A DNA stretch of 64,000 bases from a virus. Its lineage: Duplodnaviria; Heunggongvirae; Uroviricota; Caudoviricetes. Within the stretch, counting starts at the first letter, position 1; each line of letters begins with the position of its first letter. The stretch spans positions 188,732 to 252,731 of IMG/VR virus record IMGVR_UViG_3300037512_000782. One strand, given 5' to 3'. Of the stretch, positions 9,466 to 18,955 are shown one piece after another. The translations under genes were made by a program, and so were the position numbers. The notes under the pieces are model-generated. The model searched no databases. It was not told where the DNA came from and saw only the letters and a list, made by a program, of their open reading frames with translations.

Positions 9466-10206
9466 ATGACAGCAAAAGCGATTCGTGATCGGTTTCGTGA
9501 TGAATACCATCGTGCTAAACTCGCAATACCAACCCGTGACGTAGAAGCGGTCTACGTAGAGCAAGCCAAGAAGGGCAACAAGGCCGCACTGCGAATGCTT
9601 GTAAACAAGTACATTCCGTTCTTGTACAAGATGGCGAAGAAGCTCAGCGACGCCTCGTACAATCTGACCGAGGATGAAATGGTGAACGCTGCCGTGTTCG
9701 GTATGCAGAAGGCCGTGGATGCTTTTGATCCGACGCTGGGCATCGCCTTCTATACGTACTATGCGCCGAAGGCCATGAACGAAATGCGCAAGGCTGGCTT
9801 CGATAGCTTGCTGGTGCATCGACCGGAAAACCAGCTCAAGTCCAAGGACGTAAACAAGGTGTCCGTGGCGATGGTCGATATCGAGAAGCGCAACGACCAC
9901 GAGCTGTCCATCATGGATAGGCTGTCTAGCGGAATCGCCACCGATCAAGAGACCAAGGACAATGAGAACAAGGCCCTCGTTGACGAGTTCATGTCTCTGC
10001 TTCTCCCTACTGAACATGACGTAATGAGCCGTATCTACTTGTATGACGACGATGACGTGACTCTTCGCAGCGTAGGCACCGACCTCGGCGTGTCTCACGA
10101 ACGAGTACGCCAGCTCAAGGCGTCCGCTATCCGCCGCATCCATAATACTGCGAAGTACCATGACATGATGGCTGAACAAGCATATCTCCACAACGAGGCG
10201 ATATGA
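9466..10206 (+). CDS. phage-encoded RNA polymerase sigma factor, sigma-70 family
   Basis: Region-2-like segment LVNKYIPFLYKMAKKL ... GMQKAVDAFDPTLGIAFYTYYAPKAMNEM. Classic region 4.2 HTH at TLRSVGTDLGVSHERVRQLKASAIRRI. Confidence 0.8.
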   Translation: MTAKAIRDRFRDEYHRAKLAIPTRDVEAVYVEQAKKGNKAALRMLVNKYIPFLYKMAKKLSDASYNLTEDEMVNAAVFGMQKAVDAFDPTLGIAFYTYYAPKAMNEMRKAGFDSLLVHRPENQLKSKDVNKVSVAMVDIEKRNDHELSIMDRLSSGIATDQETKDNENKALVDEFMSLLLPTEHDVMSRIYLYDDDDVTLRSVGTDLGVSHERVRQLKASAIRRIHNTAKYHDMMAEQAYLHNEAI

Positions 10207-10691
10207 GAAACGACGACGAACTTCTGCAGTTGATCCGAGCCGACAAGCGCAAGAAAGTGGATCCGGTTCATATTGAGCTGAATATCTTTCCAGACAACAT
10301 GGGTGCCGACCATGAGGTATTCGCTGAAGAGCGAGTCGATCTCGATGTCGTTCGGTTCACGATGGATCAAGAGTCCATTGTCGCCCAGATCAAGATCGCT
10401 GCCAAGCTGGACGACTTTATCAGAAATCTGGAAAAGCTGCGCAGCAACTACGTCAAGCAGCTTGCGGTCGCCTATGGGCCGCTTATGAAGGAATTCTATA
10501 CCCAGTATAGCGCCGCATACCTCAAGAAGACTCCGGATCTGTTCGGAATGCGCCAAGTAATGGCGCATATCAGGACGTTTGCGAAGGAACTGGCCTTGCG
10601 TGAAGACAAAGATGAATCTATATTTGACGCTAGGCGTATTGAACGCGAACTTGCTAACTTGACGGAGGAACCCAATGGCAGTAATGATTAA
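10203..10691 (+). CDS. hypothetical protein
   Basis: 162 aa, ATGA overlap with the sigma gene stop. Confidence 0.5.
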   Translation: MRNDDELLQLIRADKRKKVDPVHIELNIFPDNMGADHEVFAEERVDLDVVRFTMDQESIVAQIKIAAKLDDFIRNLEKLRSNYVKQLAVAYGPLMKEFYTQYSAAYLKKTPDLFGMRQVMAHIRTFAKELALREDKDESIFDARRIERELANLTEEPNGSND

Positions 10692-11181
10692 TGGCGACAG
10701 CGTTGTGCGGCTGTTCGAGAACAACTTGTTCGACTACGACAAAGACCGCCAGTTGATGCTGTATAACGAGAATGGATTGAGCATGGAATTTTCAGTACCT
10801 TGGCTGAGCCTTGAGGTCGGTAAGACTTACGATTTAGCTAAGGTGCGATCCGTACTCGGCGAAATGATGCGCAATGTGCATCACACCGAGGCTATTCGGG
10901 ATAAGAAGAACGACCAGTCGTTTATGGAAACGCTGTCCAAGGAGATGACCGAGTTCGGTATGCAGCATATCGAAAATACAGAGTCATTCGCTTATGAAGA
11001 GGACGGAAAGTATTTATTCGGGTTCGACCTTGATTACATCCTCTCGTTGCTTGTGATAAACAAAGGGGAAACCGTCACGTCGTTGCTTACAGCTATGCGT
11101 GACTCCGAAAGAGATAAACGGAATAACACATTGGAAACGCGAGGTACAGACGATGGGAAGAAAACCGAAGAAGCAAATTAA
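10675..11181 (+). CDS. hypothetical protein
   Basis: 168-aa ORF. Confidence 0.5.
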   Translation: MAVMINGDSVVRLFENNLFDYDKDRQLMLYNENGLSMEFSVPWLSLEVGKTYDLAKVRSVLGEMMRNVHHTEAIRDKKNDQSFMETLSKEMTEFGMQHIENTESFAYEEDGKYLFGFDLDYILSLLVINKGETVTSLLTAMRDSERDKRNNTLETRGTDDGKKTEEAN

Positions 11182-11341
11182 CGAGGAGCTGCTGGACGAT
11201 AGTCTCGACCAGGGTGCAGAACCGATTGACGAAACACTAGACGAGGAACCGGAAGATGTCGAAGAAACACAAGAACTCTCGTTCGGAGACGACTCCTACA
11301 GACGACTTGGAGAAATCCCAGAACTCGACGAGTGGAACTAA
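11153..11341 (+). CDS. small acidic protein (start uncertain)
   Basis: In-frame ATG within track ORF 11099-11341. Strongly acidic (DEE-rich). Overlaps the next ORF out of frame. Confidence 0.3.
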   Translation: MGRKPKKQINEELLDDSLDQGAEPIDETLDEEPEDVEETQELSFGDDSYRRLGEIPELDEWN

Positions 11342-11717
11342 CTCAATCAGAAACCTTGGAGCCACGCTAACGCCGCACAAGTACACGGCGACGTACGTTC
11401 GAGCTGGCACCCTTGGAAAGACTAAGAACGCCTTGCTGGTCATGCTGCGCGACGAGCAAGACCACTTGCTGTGCGACCACATCTGGGTCAAGTACTGCAA
11501 TGCCTTCAAGCGTATGAACGCTGGCGACTTGATGTCATTCACGGCTACGCCGTACCGATACATCAAGGGGTACAGCGGCGATAACCATGCGATGTCTGAT
11601 TTCTCGGTAGATGTCAGTCTGACGGATTTCCGACAAGTTCGAGTGGTAGGGCACAACCCAGTAGTCGAACAGAAAGTAAATGACCTAAAACAAAGATTCG
11701 AAAACTCAGAAAAGTAA
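11256..11717 (+). CDS. hypothetical protein (start uncertain; alternative ATG 11442)
   Basis: 153-aa track ORF. Bidirectional terminator 11721-11752 follows. Confidence 0.45.
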   Translation: MSKKHKNSRSETTPTDDLEKSQNSTSGTNSIRNLGATLTPHKYTATYVRAGTLGKTKNALLVMLRDEQDHLLCDHIWVKYCNAFKRMNAGDLMSFTATPYRYIKGYSGDNHAMSDFSVDVSLTDFRQVRVVGHNPVVEQKVNDLKQRFENSEK

Positions 11718-11720
11718 TAA

Positions 11721-11752
11721 AAAAGCTGACCAGAAACTGGCCAGCTTTTTTG
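11721..11752. terminator. bidirectional intrinsic terminator
   Basis: AAAAGCTGACCAG-aaa-CTGGCCAGCTTTTTT, between convergent genes. Confidence 0.65.
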
Positions 11753-11770
11753 CTTAGGATGATAGAATGA

Positions 11771-13552
11771 CTAGATGTCGACTTCATCACTGTCTGTAAC
11801 GTCGATGTCGTCCGAACTTGGTGCTTCCGCATTGGAACCATCGTCGTCGTAGTCACCGAGCATCACGGTCTTGTTCTTGTTGGCCGCGTCTTGGTTACGC
11901 AACTGGTCGCGCTGCATCTGCTTGAAGCTTCTTGCAGACAAGATAGTCTGGACAAGGCGTCTTGCAGTTGCATTGTAATCGCCAGTGCCACTCGTGTTAG
12001 CGAGGCTTGCCTTGCGGTCAGCGATGTACTGATTGATCTTTTCGAACAAGTTGCTTTCAGTAAGGGTAGCCAAGTACGGATCTTCGTTCTCGGTTTCGTT
12101 TGCTTCGGAACCGAAGAAGTCGATGTCGTCCGGATCAGTGTCAGCGTCCTTGAGGGCTGCGCTGAGTGTCGTGTAGAAGCTGTCCTTGTTGGCAAGCATC
12201 TTGTCGTCAAGAACCAAGGAAATCTTCTGTGCAAGCTGGTCGTCACCGTTGTTGAGCATGCCCTTGATGTCGGCGCGAGTCGGCATGGAAACATTGAGTG
12301 CTTCGAGGTCGGCTGGGAAGAGCGAAATCAAGACTGGCGTACGCGGGTCGGACATGTCGTGCTTGACCGAGTTGGCGATGTTGAGACCGATGGTAGCCTT
12401 GCCAGCGCCGAAACGGTTCTGTGCATCGAGATAGACGGCATAAGCAACGATGTTGTGCTTGGTCATTAAGCTGCCAGTACCCTTGCTCTGCTTGTTGATG
12501 AGGTCGTTCTCGACCTTGAGGTTAACTACGTTGGTCGTAGAGCCGTCTTCGTTCTGAATCTGGCCCGGCGTCAAGGTAAAGTAGTTCGGATTGATCTTGC
12601 TACCGACGCGACCCTTCTGTGCGATAACCGTCAAGTTCTGCTTGATGCCGCCGATGATACGAGCGGTATCAGTATTGGCGTCGAACGGAATCTGGATCGT
12701 ATCCGGGTCGAGCTTGCCAGTTACATCTACCGTACCATCAAGATGACGATATTCGTTAGTTGCTGGAGCTTCTTCCTCAGTCGGAGCCGCCTCAGGAGCC
12801 TCCTCCGGCTTTTCTGGTTCAACCTTTGGAGATGCTTGGGTTTCGACGGCGTCTTCGCTGGTCAAGAAGTCGTGTCCGATGTAGACACCATTTTTCTTCT
12901 TGCCTCCCTTGGCGGTAAGTTCCTTCATCTTGGGATTTGCGTTGATCATCGGAATCCATGCGTCATGGAATGCGGCAATCGTCTTCATGATTGGAAGCAT
13001 GACATTGTTGTAAACGAAGCTGGCTGCGCCTGGGACTGGGTCGCTTGCTTTAGGAGATTCAAACTTGTCAAGCAAGGTTTTCTTGATGCGCTGCTTGGCC
13101 TCAAGGCTGTCAGGAATGGCTTCGGAATAAAGCTTCTTGACCGCAGCGACTACGCCAGTATAGGCTTGATTGTCAGTGATAGACTTTTCTTGAAGCTGCT
13201 TCAGAATGCGGTTGAGAGTAAGGATCGGACTGGTCGTATCCATACCACCGAAATATCCGCGCAAGTAGGAACGCTTGTCTTCCGTGTTGTCGATGATGTG
13301 CTGCTTGTTCGGCATTTCGAGTTCATGCATTCGCTCGATCTTGCCCAGCTGGCTCACCAACTTGGAAAGGAAAGTGACAAGTACGGTGTGCGGATCGGTG
13401 CTGTCGATAAACGCCTTCGGGTCGTTGTCCGCATTCGTGTGGGTCTCAATTTGTTCTTCGAACAAAATGTTGAAAATCTTTGCAACGGCTTCCAGATAGA
13501 TTTCGTTGCTCTTGGTCTTGAATTCCGAGATGGTAGACTCGAATAGATTCAT
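11771..13552 (-). CDS. hypothetical protein with acidic C-terminus
   Basis: 593-aa ORF, divergent from the 13645 gene. Confidence 0.65.
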   Translation of the reverse strand: MNLFESTISEFKTKSNEIYLEAVAKIFNILFEEQIETHTNADNDPKAFIDSTDPHTVLVTFLSKLVSQLGKIERMHELEMPNKQHIIDNTEDKRSYLRGYFGGMDTTSPILTLNRILKQLQEKSITDNQAYTGVVAAVKKLYSEAIPDSLEAKQRIKKTLLDKFESPKASDPVPGAASFVYNNVMLPIMKTIAAFHDAWIPMINANPKMKELTAKGGKKKNGVYIGHDFLTSEDAVETQASPKVEPEKPEEAPEAAPTEEEAPATNEYRHLDGTVDVTGKLDPDTIQIPFDANTDTARIIGGIKQNLTVIAQKGRVGSKINPNYFTLTPGQIQNEDGSTTNVVNLKVENDLINKQSKGTGSLMTKHNIVAYAVYLDAQNRFGAGKATIGLNIANSVKHDMSDPRTPVLISLFPADLEALNVSMPTRADIKGMLNNGDDQLAQKISLVLDDKMLANKDSFYTTLSAALKDADTDPDDIDFFGSEANETENEDPYLATLTESNLFEKINQYIADRKASLANTSGTGDYNATARRLVQTILSARSFKQMQRDQLRNQDAANKNKTVMLGDYDDDGSNAEAPSSDDIDVTDSDEVDI

Positions 13553-13644
13553 GGATTACTCCTAAGCAATTAGTACAACAAGTTTATAACATTTTCAATC
13601 CCACGATTATATAAACTGCGTACATACAACAACGGATATACGAT

Positions 13645-16083
13645 ATGAGCGTAGAAACTCAAAAAACAGCGTTAAAACAGGTTCTGGACACGATTTTCGA
13701 ACTGAAGCCTAGCCAGACCTACCAGCTGTCGCTGGATGACTACAATGTACTGAAGAATCGAGAAGCTGTCGTTGCCTACTTCGTGATCGGCGATGGCGAG
13801 CGTCTTAGCTGGTACATTATTGCGCAGAATAACGCCGTGTATCTTGTAGACAAGGAACGCCAAGTCAATACGCTATTGGCTCGTATGAATCCGGATACCG
13901 AAGAATTGACATTCGCCAACAACCTCGAAGAAGTCATGCAAGATATCTTGCTGCGCAGTACGTCGACGCTCGGCGCAGTCATCAACAATATCATTTCTAG
14001 CACTTTCTTCAATGCGCTGGAAATGTCAGATGAATATTACGAAGTGTATCCGAATGTATCCGACTATTTTGGTGAATTTTATGTAAAGTTTGGCGATAGC
14101 GAACCGACTCGAATTGACGATCCAGCAATTTCTCAAATCATGAATAAGTCGATTACCAATATTGACCGCATTGCGCTTGATATTTTCGGTAAGCAGCAGA
14201 AGTCGATGATTCCGCTATTTCATGTGACGATTGATGATGGCATCTTGGCGTTCGGACGATATACAAACCAGCAAGAACGCGGATATACAGCAAACTTCCC
14301 GTCTAAAGACGATGCTGATTCCGTCGTTACGCCGACGAAACAAGCAAACGCTTCGCTTATGAGTAATACGGTTCACCGCGAGCACATCGATAAGCTGATT
14401 AACAACTCGTCTGAATCGCATGACTATCTGCGTGAATGGATCGAGAAAAGCGTAAAGAGCTTTACCAAGGTGGACAAGATCAAGGGCATGAATTCATTCG
14501 AACCCGGCCATCGCGTCATTCTCGGTAAAATCGATACGATTAAGTGGCTTACACAGAATCCAGAAATTATTGAAAAGAATGGATTGAAGACGGCAACCAA
14601 GTTCGCTATTGATAAGTTCCCGACCATCTATACGCCGCATTCCGGAACGATCCATCTAGGCATTTCTGAATCGACGCTACGTACCGTCCAGCTTACTTAT
14701 AGCGTAGACGGTATTGGAACTATCATTGAAATCCACATTAAGCCAGACCCGAAATTTATTACGAACAAGCGTGACTTGAGCGATCCGAGGAACTTCTTTG
14801 TAATTTCCAACCAGAACGACGTCGTCATTCAGTACAACACCGGAAACAAGACGCTGGCTGCAGCTAAAGTTTCACAGAACGTCGCCTTCGTGGTTGCATG
14901 GCGAATGATCGTTATCGCATTGGGTATCAAGGACGTGTATGACGTGGCCCAGATGTGTACGACGAAGGCTCGCGGTAGTGCGGCGACGGAATTGGATACG
15001 TATGGCGCTACCGTCATGTACAATATGACGCTGCATGGCGAATACAAGGAAAATCCAGTTGCCAAGGTCACCGTGTCATCTCGTACAAACCAAAGCGACG
15101 CCAAGAACGACAATGTCGTTGATGCTCGCCGCATGATTATCGAAATGACGACGAACTTCGAAAAGAAGGTTCTTGAATGTAAGACGAATGTTATCCAGTA
15201 CGTACAGAATACTACCGAATCTGGTGAGACGGAAGTTACTCCGGAAACGGCTACAAAGCTTTATACGTACGGCAACGGCGAAAGTATCTATGAAGAAGCA
15301 AAGGAAGACTTGCTGCTTACGTCGAAGGCGAAGAAGCTGCGAGTGGCTGCACCGAATCCGAGTGACTGTCTCGGCGCTGTCATGCACCGTCAGATCGAAA
15401 CCCATATCAACAAGGGAGTTACTGAAATGGAGCGCCAGCTGAACTTGGGTAAGACGAATACACTTAGCCGCATAAATTCCGCAGTCCGTTTCCAGCCGGG
15501 ATCGCCGCTTGGTAAGGCATTGATTGGCGTACGAAATGCAATCATCAATACGTTCGCACCGCTTGTCGGAACGGACGCAAGACCGGGTATCTTCACAAAG
15601 TTCAACATCAAGGCTGACGACTACCATAACGTGTCGAAATTCATTACCGTCAACGGTTCGTCGACGCCAGTTCCAGTTATGGCCGAAATGCGAATTGACA
15701 ATGGCTATGCTGGTGTATTCTCCGTGGCAAGAGCTGCGGACGGAACTCCAGTAGTGTATGCGTCATTCCCTGGCGATGCGTACCGCGCCGTCGGAAAGTT
15801 TGCTGGAACTCCAGAAGCGCCAGAACTTAGTGATGAATTCTTGCAGTGGTATCTCGTCCAGTGCTTTGAGGACAATACTCTGGCCAAGGACATCGCGATG
15901 ACCCTTGACAACCCAGAAAACGAGGACGCCATCCGTATTCCTCCGCGCATTGCAAAGTTCTTCGAACGCGAAGAAGAACCGCAAGAAGTCGAAGAACAAG
16001 AAGTGCCGGAAGAGCTCAACTTCGACCATGCGCACGATCCAGCCGATAAATCGAGCTATGAGCCAGATGAAGAATTGACATAA
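13645..16083 (+). CDS. large hypothetical protein (812 aa)
   Basis: Long intact ORF with acidic C-terminal tail (EEPQEVEEQEVPEE). No recognisable catalytic motif. Confidence 0.65.
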   Translation: MSVETQKTALKQVLDTIFELKPSQTYQLSLDDYNVLKNREAVVAYFVIGDGERLSWYIIAQNNAVYLVDKERQVNTLLARMNPDTEELTFANNLEEVMQDILLRSTSTLGAVINNIISSTFFNALEMSDEYYEVYPNVSDYFGEFYVKFGDSEPTRIDDPAISQIMNKSITNIDRIALDIFGKQQKSMIPLFHVTIDDGILAFGRYTNQQERGYTANFPSKDDADSVVTPTKQANASLMSNTVHREHIDKLINNSSESHDYLREWIEKSVKSFTKVDKIKGMNSFEPGHRVILGKIDTIKWLTQNPEIIEKNGLKTATKFAIDKFPTIYTPHSGTIHLGISESTLRTVQLTYSVDGIGTIIEIHIKPDPKFITNKRDLSDPRNFFVISNQNDVVIQYNTGNKTLAAAKVSQNVAFVVAWRMIVIALGIKDVYDVAQMCTTKARGSAATELDTYGATVMYNMTLHGEYKENPVAKVTVSSRTNQSDAKNDNVVDARRMIIEMTTNFEKKVLECKTNVIQYVQNTTESGETEVTPETATKLYTYGNGESIYEEAKEDLLLTSKAKKLRVAAPNPSDCLGAVMHRQIETHINKGVTEMERQLNLGKTNTLSRINSAVRFQPGSPLGKALIGVRNAIINTFAPLVGTDARPGIFTKFNIKADDYHNVSKFITVNGSSTPVPVMAEMRIDNGYAGVFSVARAADGTPVVYASFPGDAYRAVGKFAGTPEAPELSDEFLQWYLVQCFEDNTLAKDIAMTLDNPENEDAIRIPPRIAKFFEREEEPQEVEEQEVPEELNFDHAHDPADKSSYEPDEELT

Positions 16084-16090
16084 TCGTGTA

Positions 16091-16155
16091 AAAACCTATA
16101 TTTGGGTCATTATGCGCAAAATAACCAGTTAAAAACCTATATTTGGTACATTATG
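16091..16155 (+). repeat. ~25-bp imperfect direct repeat x2 (AAAAACCTATATTTGG(G)TCATTATG / ...TACATTATG)
   Basis: Two copies separated by ~15 nt, upstream of the Thg1-like gene. Confidence 0.6.
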
Positions 16156-16363
16156 AGCAATATAGACAACATCAAGGAAACGAAGGCCCAGAGGGCCGCT
16201 AGGATTGCCGGGACTGGCAACGGTGCGACACTTCGCACCAGACTGGTTCTGGATAGGAAGAAATACTCACGGAAAATCAAGCATAAAGGACAATCCATCG
16301 CAAGCGCGATGGATTTCGCTTTTATAGTGGACAATTTTGTGGGTTATTGCTATATTGTCCATT

Positions 16364-17236
16364 ATGGAAAGAATAATATCAGATACAATGCCGTTAGGTG
16401 ATCGTATCAAGTCGTACGAACACCAGTTCACTGGCTACACTATTGACTCGTCACTACCATTTATAGCTCGTGTGGACGGTAAGGCGTTCCATACCTATAC
16501 AAAGCGTATGCGCAAGCCGTTCGACGAACGTTTCGTGAAGGCGATGCAAGAGACTGCAAAAAAGTTGACAGAAACGTTCGATCCGATTCTGTCCTATGTG
16601 CAGTCCGATGAAATCACGTTACTATTCAAGCCGACAGCGGAACCGTTCTTGAGTGGAAAGCTGTCGAAGATGAACAGCATCATCGCAGCGACGGCGACTT
16701 ACTGGTTCAATCAGTTAATAGACCCAGAGACGCCGACCGTTGGCATTCCTATTTTCGATTGCCGCGTGTTCAACGTCCCAGATGAATGGGAAGCCGTCAA
16801 CGCGCTTCGCTTCCGTTACCGTGACGCCGTGCGCAATGCGGTTAGCGCTGCCGCTCGATACAAGGTCGGCCACTCGAAGTGCAACGGACTGAATACCGAC
16901 GAAAAACTCAAGTTAATAGGCAGCGACTGGAAGGGCTATTCTGTAGCGGCTCGCTACGGTACTTTCTACCGTCGAGTCAATGTCGTGAAGCCAGTCGCAG
17001 TCGATCGCGCCGCGCTTCCACCAGAGGTGGCTGCGAAGATTCCAGAAACTTGCCTCCGCACGGAAATTCACGAATACTACGTGAACATTGAGCAAACGTG
17101 GAACACTAGCTTGCCATACAAGTCGGAACCAGTCCCAGCTCCGTTAAGCTGCCCAGTGAGCGGCATCGACCACATCAAAAATGCCACGGACGTTATCTTC
17201 CGTGGACAAAATGCGGTACTTGATTCAAACGTATAA
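16364..17236 (+). CDS. tRNA-His guanylyltransferase-like protein (Thg1/TLP family; 3'-5' nucleotide addition, tRNA 5'-end repair)
   Basis: IARVDGKAFHTYTKRMRKPFDERF matches the Thg1 VVRLDG+xFHxF core; SDEITLLFK matches the SDEYSFVF metal-binding motif. The start could be ATG 16364 or 16388. Promoter box TTGCTATATTGTCC at 16347-16360. Terminator 17240-17270. Confidence 0.8.
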   Translation: MERIISDTMPLGDRIKSYEHQFTGYTIDSSLPFIARVDGKAFHTYTKRMRKPFDERFVKAMQETAKKLTETFDPILSYVQSDEITLLFKPTAEPFLSGKLSKMNSIIAATATYWFNQLIDPETPTVGIPIFDCRVFNVPDEWEAVNALRFRYRDAVRNAVSAAARYKVGHSKCNGLNTDEKLKLIGSDWKGYSVAARYGTFYRRVNVVKPVAVDRAALPPEVAAKIPETCLRTEIHEYYVNIEQTWNTSLPYKSEPVPAPLSCPVSGIDHIKNATDVIFRGQNAVLDSNV

Positions 17237-17239
17237 TAA

Positions 17240-17270
17240 AAGAGGCGGAATATTCCGCCTCTTTATTATA
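17240..17270. terminator. bidirectional intrinsic terminator
   Basis: GAGGCGGAATATTCCGCCTC palindrome followed by TTTATTAT. Confidence 0.65.
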
Positions 17271-18915
17271 TAGTGTAGTGAGTATTGAACGTATTGTTTA
17301 AGATTTCTGGGTGGTGTGCTCTGAGGTATTTGTATAGTCCGCTGCAATGCGCCTTAAAGATGGATACCGTTTCATATTTTTTTGTTTCGTCGATCATTTG
17401 CGGTACTGTCCAATAGTAATACGTATGTCGAACTACTTTGTTGATTGGTAGATACTTATCGAGTAAATCTTTTCGATTTGCCCATACATACCTAAATAAC
17501 GCATGACAGTGTTTTTCTAAATCACTGCGATATTGAAATTTTGTAATCTCAGCAATGATTTTCGTGTCTGACCAACGACAGTATTTACTAGGTCGTTTCG
17601 GTAGATGGTTTTTATAATACGACTTCAATAAGTCATTACAATGTCGACGGGCGTAATAATATAGACTAGGTTCGTTTTTATGCAACAAGCTTTGTGTCTT
17701 ATATTTCTTAAAGTGCTTCAAGAATAATTCATTATCCCATGTTTCATATTTCAGGTGCTTGCCGCGTTGTGGCGAAGGCGGTAAATACTTATCAAAATAG
17801 TCCATGTGATATTTCAATAAATATTTGTGTAATCCGGCATGCCGCTTTTGAAATGCGTTACGTTTTGTATATTTGGTCAAAACGTCAGCAATTTGCTGCT
17901 CCGTCCATTTATCGAATTTTGAGTTGATCTTCGGTAAATATTGATCAAGTAATTCAGGGAATCGCCTTTTGATATTTATATAAAGTTTTCCATTTTTCCG
18001 ACAAAAGGTTGCACGTCGTTTATATTTTTTGAGCTCCTTTATGATACGGTCTTTTGACCATCCATTGTATCCACGATTTTTATATGGAAACTGGTTATTT
18101 AGAAGTTCTGGTTTTTCGTGTAGCACGTATTTATAAATACCGTTTTTATGACGAGCGAATTCCGCTCGTGTTTTATACTTGCTCATGATACCAACGATGT
18201 CGGCATCCGACAGTTTCGTTAGATCATGAATAATTTTCAGTGGAAATACTGTATTAAGGAGTTCTTGCTTATTTTCAAGTAAATATGTATAGTATCGAGA
18301 TCCAGTTTTTGCAAGTCGTTGACGAGTCTTATACTTTGTTTTTAATAGCTTGGTATGTTCCTCATCAGTCATATTCTCGTAGTCGGCGTGTGACGACGGG
18401 ATGATATCATCGAGTAAGTGCAGTCGATTGGCTTTGCATAAATGTCCATATAGCGAACTATGGTTGTCCGAAAATTCAGACCGAGAATCACATGGGATTT
18501 CTTTAAGCCGTTTTCTAATCAAACGTCGAATTTGCCCATCAGTTTTATTTTTATATATGAATTCAGCAAATCCTCCTAGTTCGCCGCCCTTGGTCTTGTT
18601 AAGACACACAACATTATCCATCGATCGATATCGGCTAATTTCTGATTTTTCATAAGCAGCAGCCTCATCGGCTAGATAATTTTCGTGAGTGATTGTAAAA
18701 TACGGCAATACCTCAATATTATGGGACATTGCAAATTTTTTAATCGGTGAATAATGCTTATACTGTGTATGTTCAGAATTATGGTCGGTGAATCGTCGAT
18801 TCACATCTACAGTAATACCTACATACACATAAAGTATGCCATCTACATCGGTATACTTCCATTCATACGTACTGTACCTACGAAGGTCTTTTAGTCTTTT
18901 AGAATATGCTCGCAT
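17266..18915 (-). CDS. free-standing GIY-YIG homing endonuclease with C-terminal tandem-repeat DNA-binding array
   Basis: N-terminal ILYVYVGITVDVNRRFTDHNSEH...N..GG is GIY-YIG-like. At least 7 tandem ~40-aa repeats follow, of form (D/E)xxIxxxxKYKTRxEFxKHxxGxYKYxLxxxPELLxxxLP. AT-rich relative to flanking genes. Confidence 0.7.
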   Translation of the reverse strand: MRAYSKRLKDLRRYSTYEWKYTDVDGILYVYVGITVDVNRRFTDHNSEHTQYKHYSPIKKFAMSHNIEVLPYFTITHENYLADEAAAYEKSEISRYRSMDNVVCLNKTKGGELGGFAEFIYKNKTDGQIRRLIRKRLKEIPCDSRSEFSDNHSSLYGHLCKANRLHLLDDIIPSSHADYENMTDEEHTKLLKTKYKTRQRLAKTGSRYYTYLLENKQELLNTVFPLKIIHDLTKLSDADIVGIMSKYKTRAEFARHKNGIYKYVLHEKPELLNNQFPYKNRGYNGWSKDRIIKELKKYKRRATFCRKNGKLYINIKRRFPELLDQYLPKINSKFDKWTEQQIADVLTKYTKRNAFQKRHAGLHKYLLKYHMDYFDKYLPPSPQRGKHLKYETWDNELFLKHFKKYKTQSLLHKNEPSLYYYARRHCNDLLKSYYKNHLPKRPSKYCRWSDTKIIAEITKFQYRSDLEKHCHALFRYVWANRKDLLDKYLPINKVVRHTYYYWTVPQMIDETKKYETVSIFKAHCSGLYKYLRAHHPEILNNTFNTHYTI

Positions 18916-18955
18916 GGCCCTAATTATAGTATTATTTTAGGGCGCTGTCAATTCC

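Noticed and set aside
11771-13552. Walker-A-like FGAGKAT in the 593-aa protein
   Set aside because: It does not fit GxxxxGK[ST] (it reads GKA, not GKS/T), so there is no support for an ATPase call.
16151-16401. 83-aa ORF upstream of and overlapping the Thg1 start
   Set aside because: It lies across the duplicated promoter boxes and overlaps the Thg1 start out of frame; no SD. More likely non-coding promoter region.
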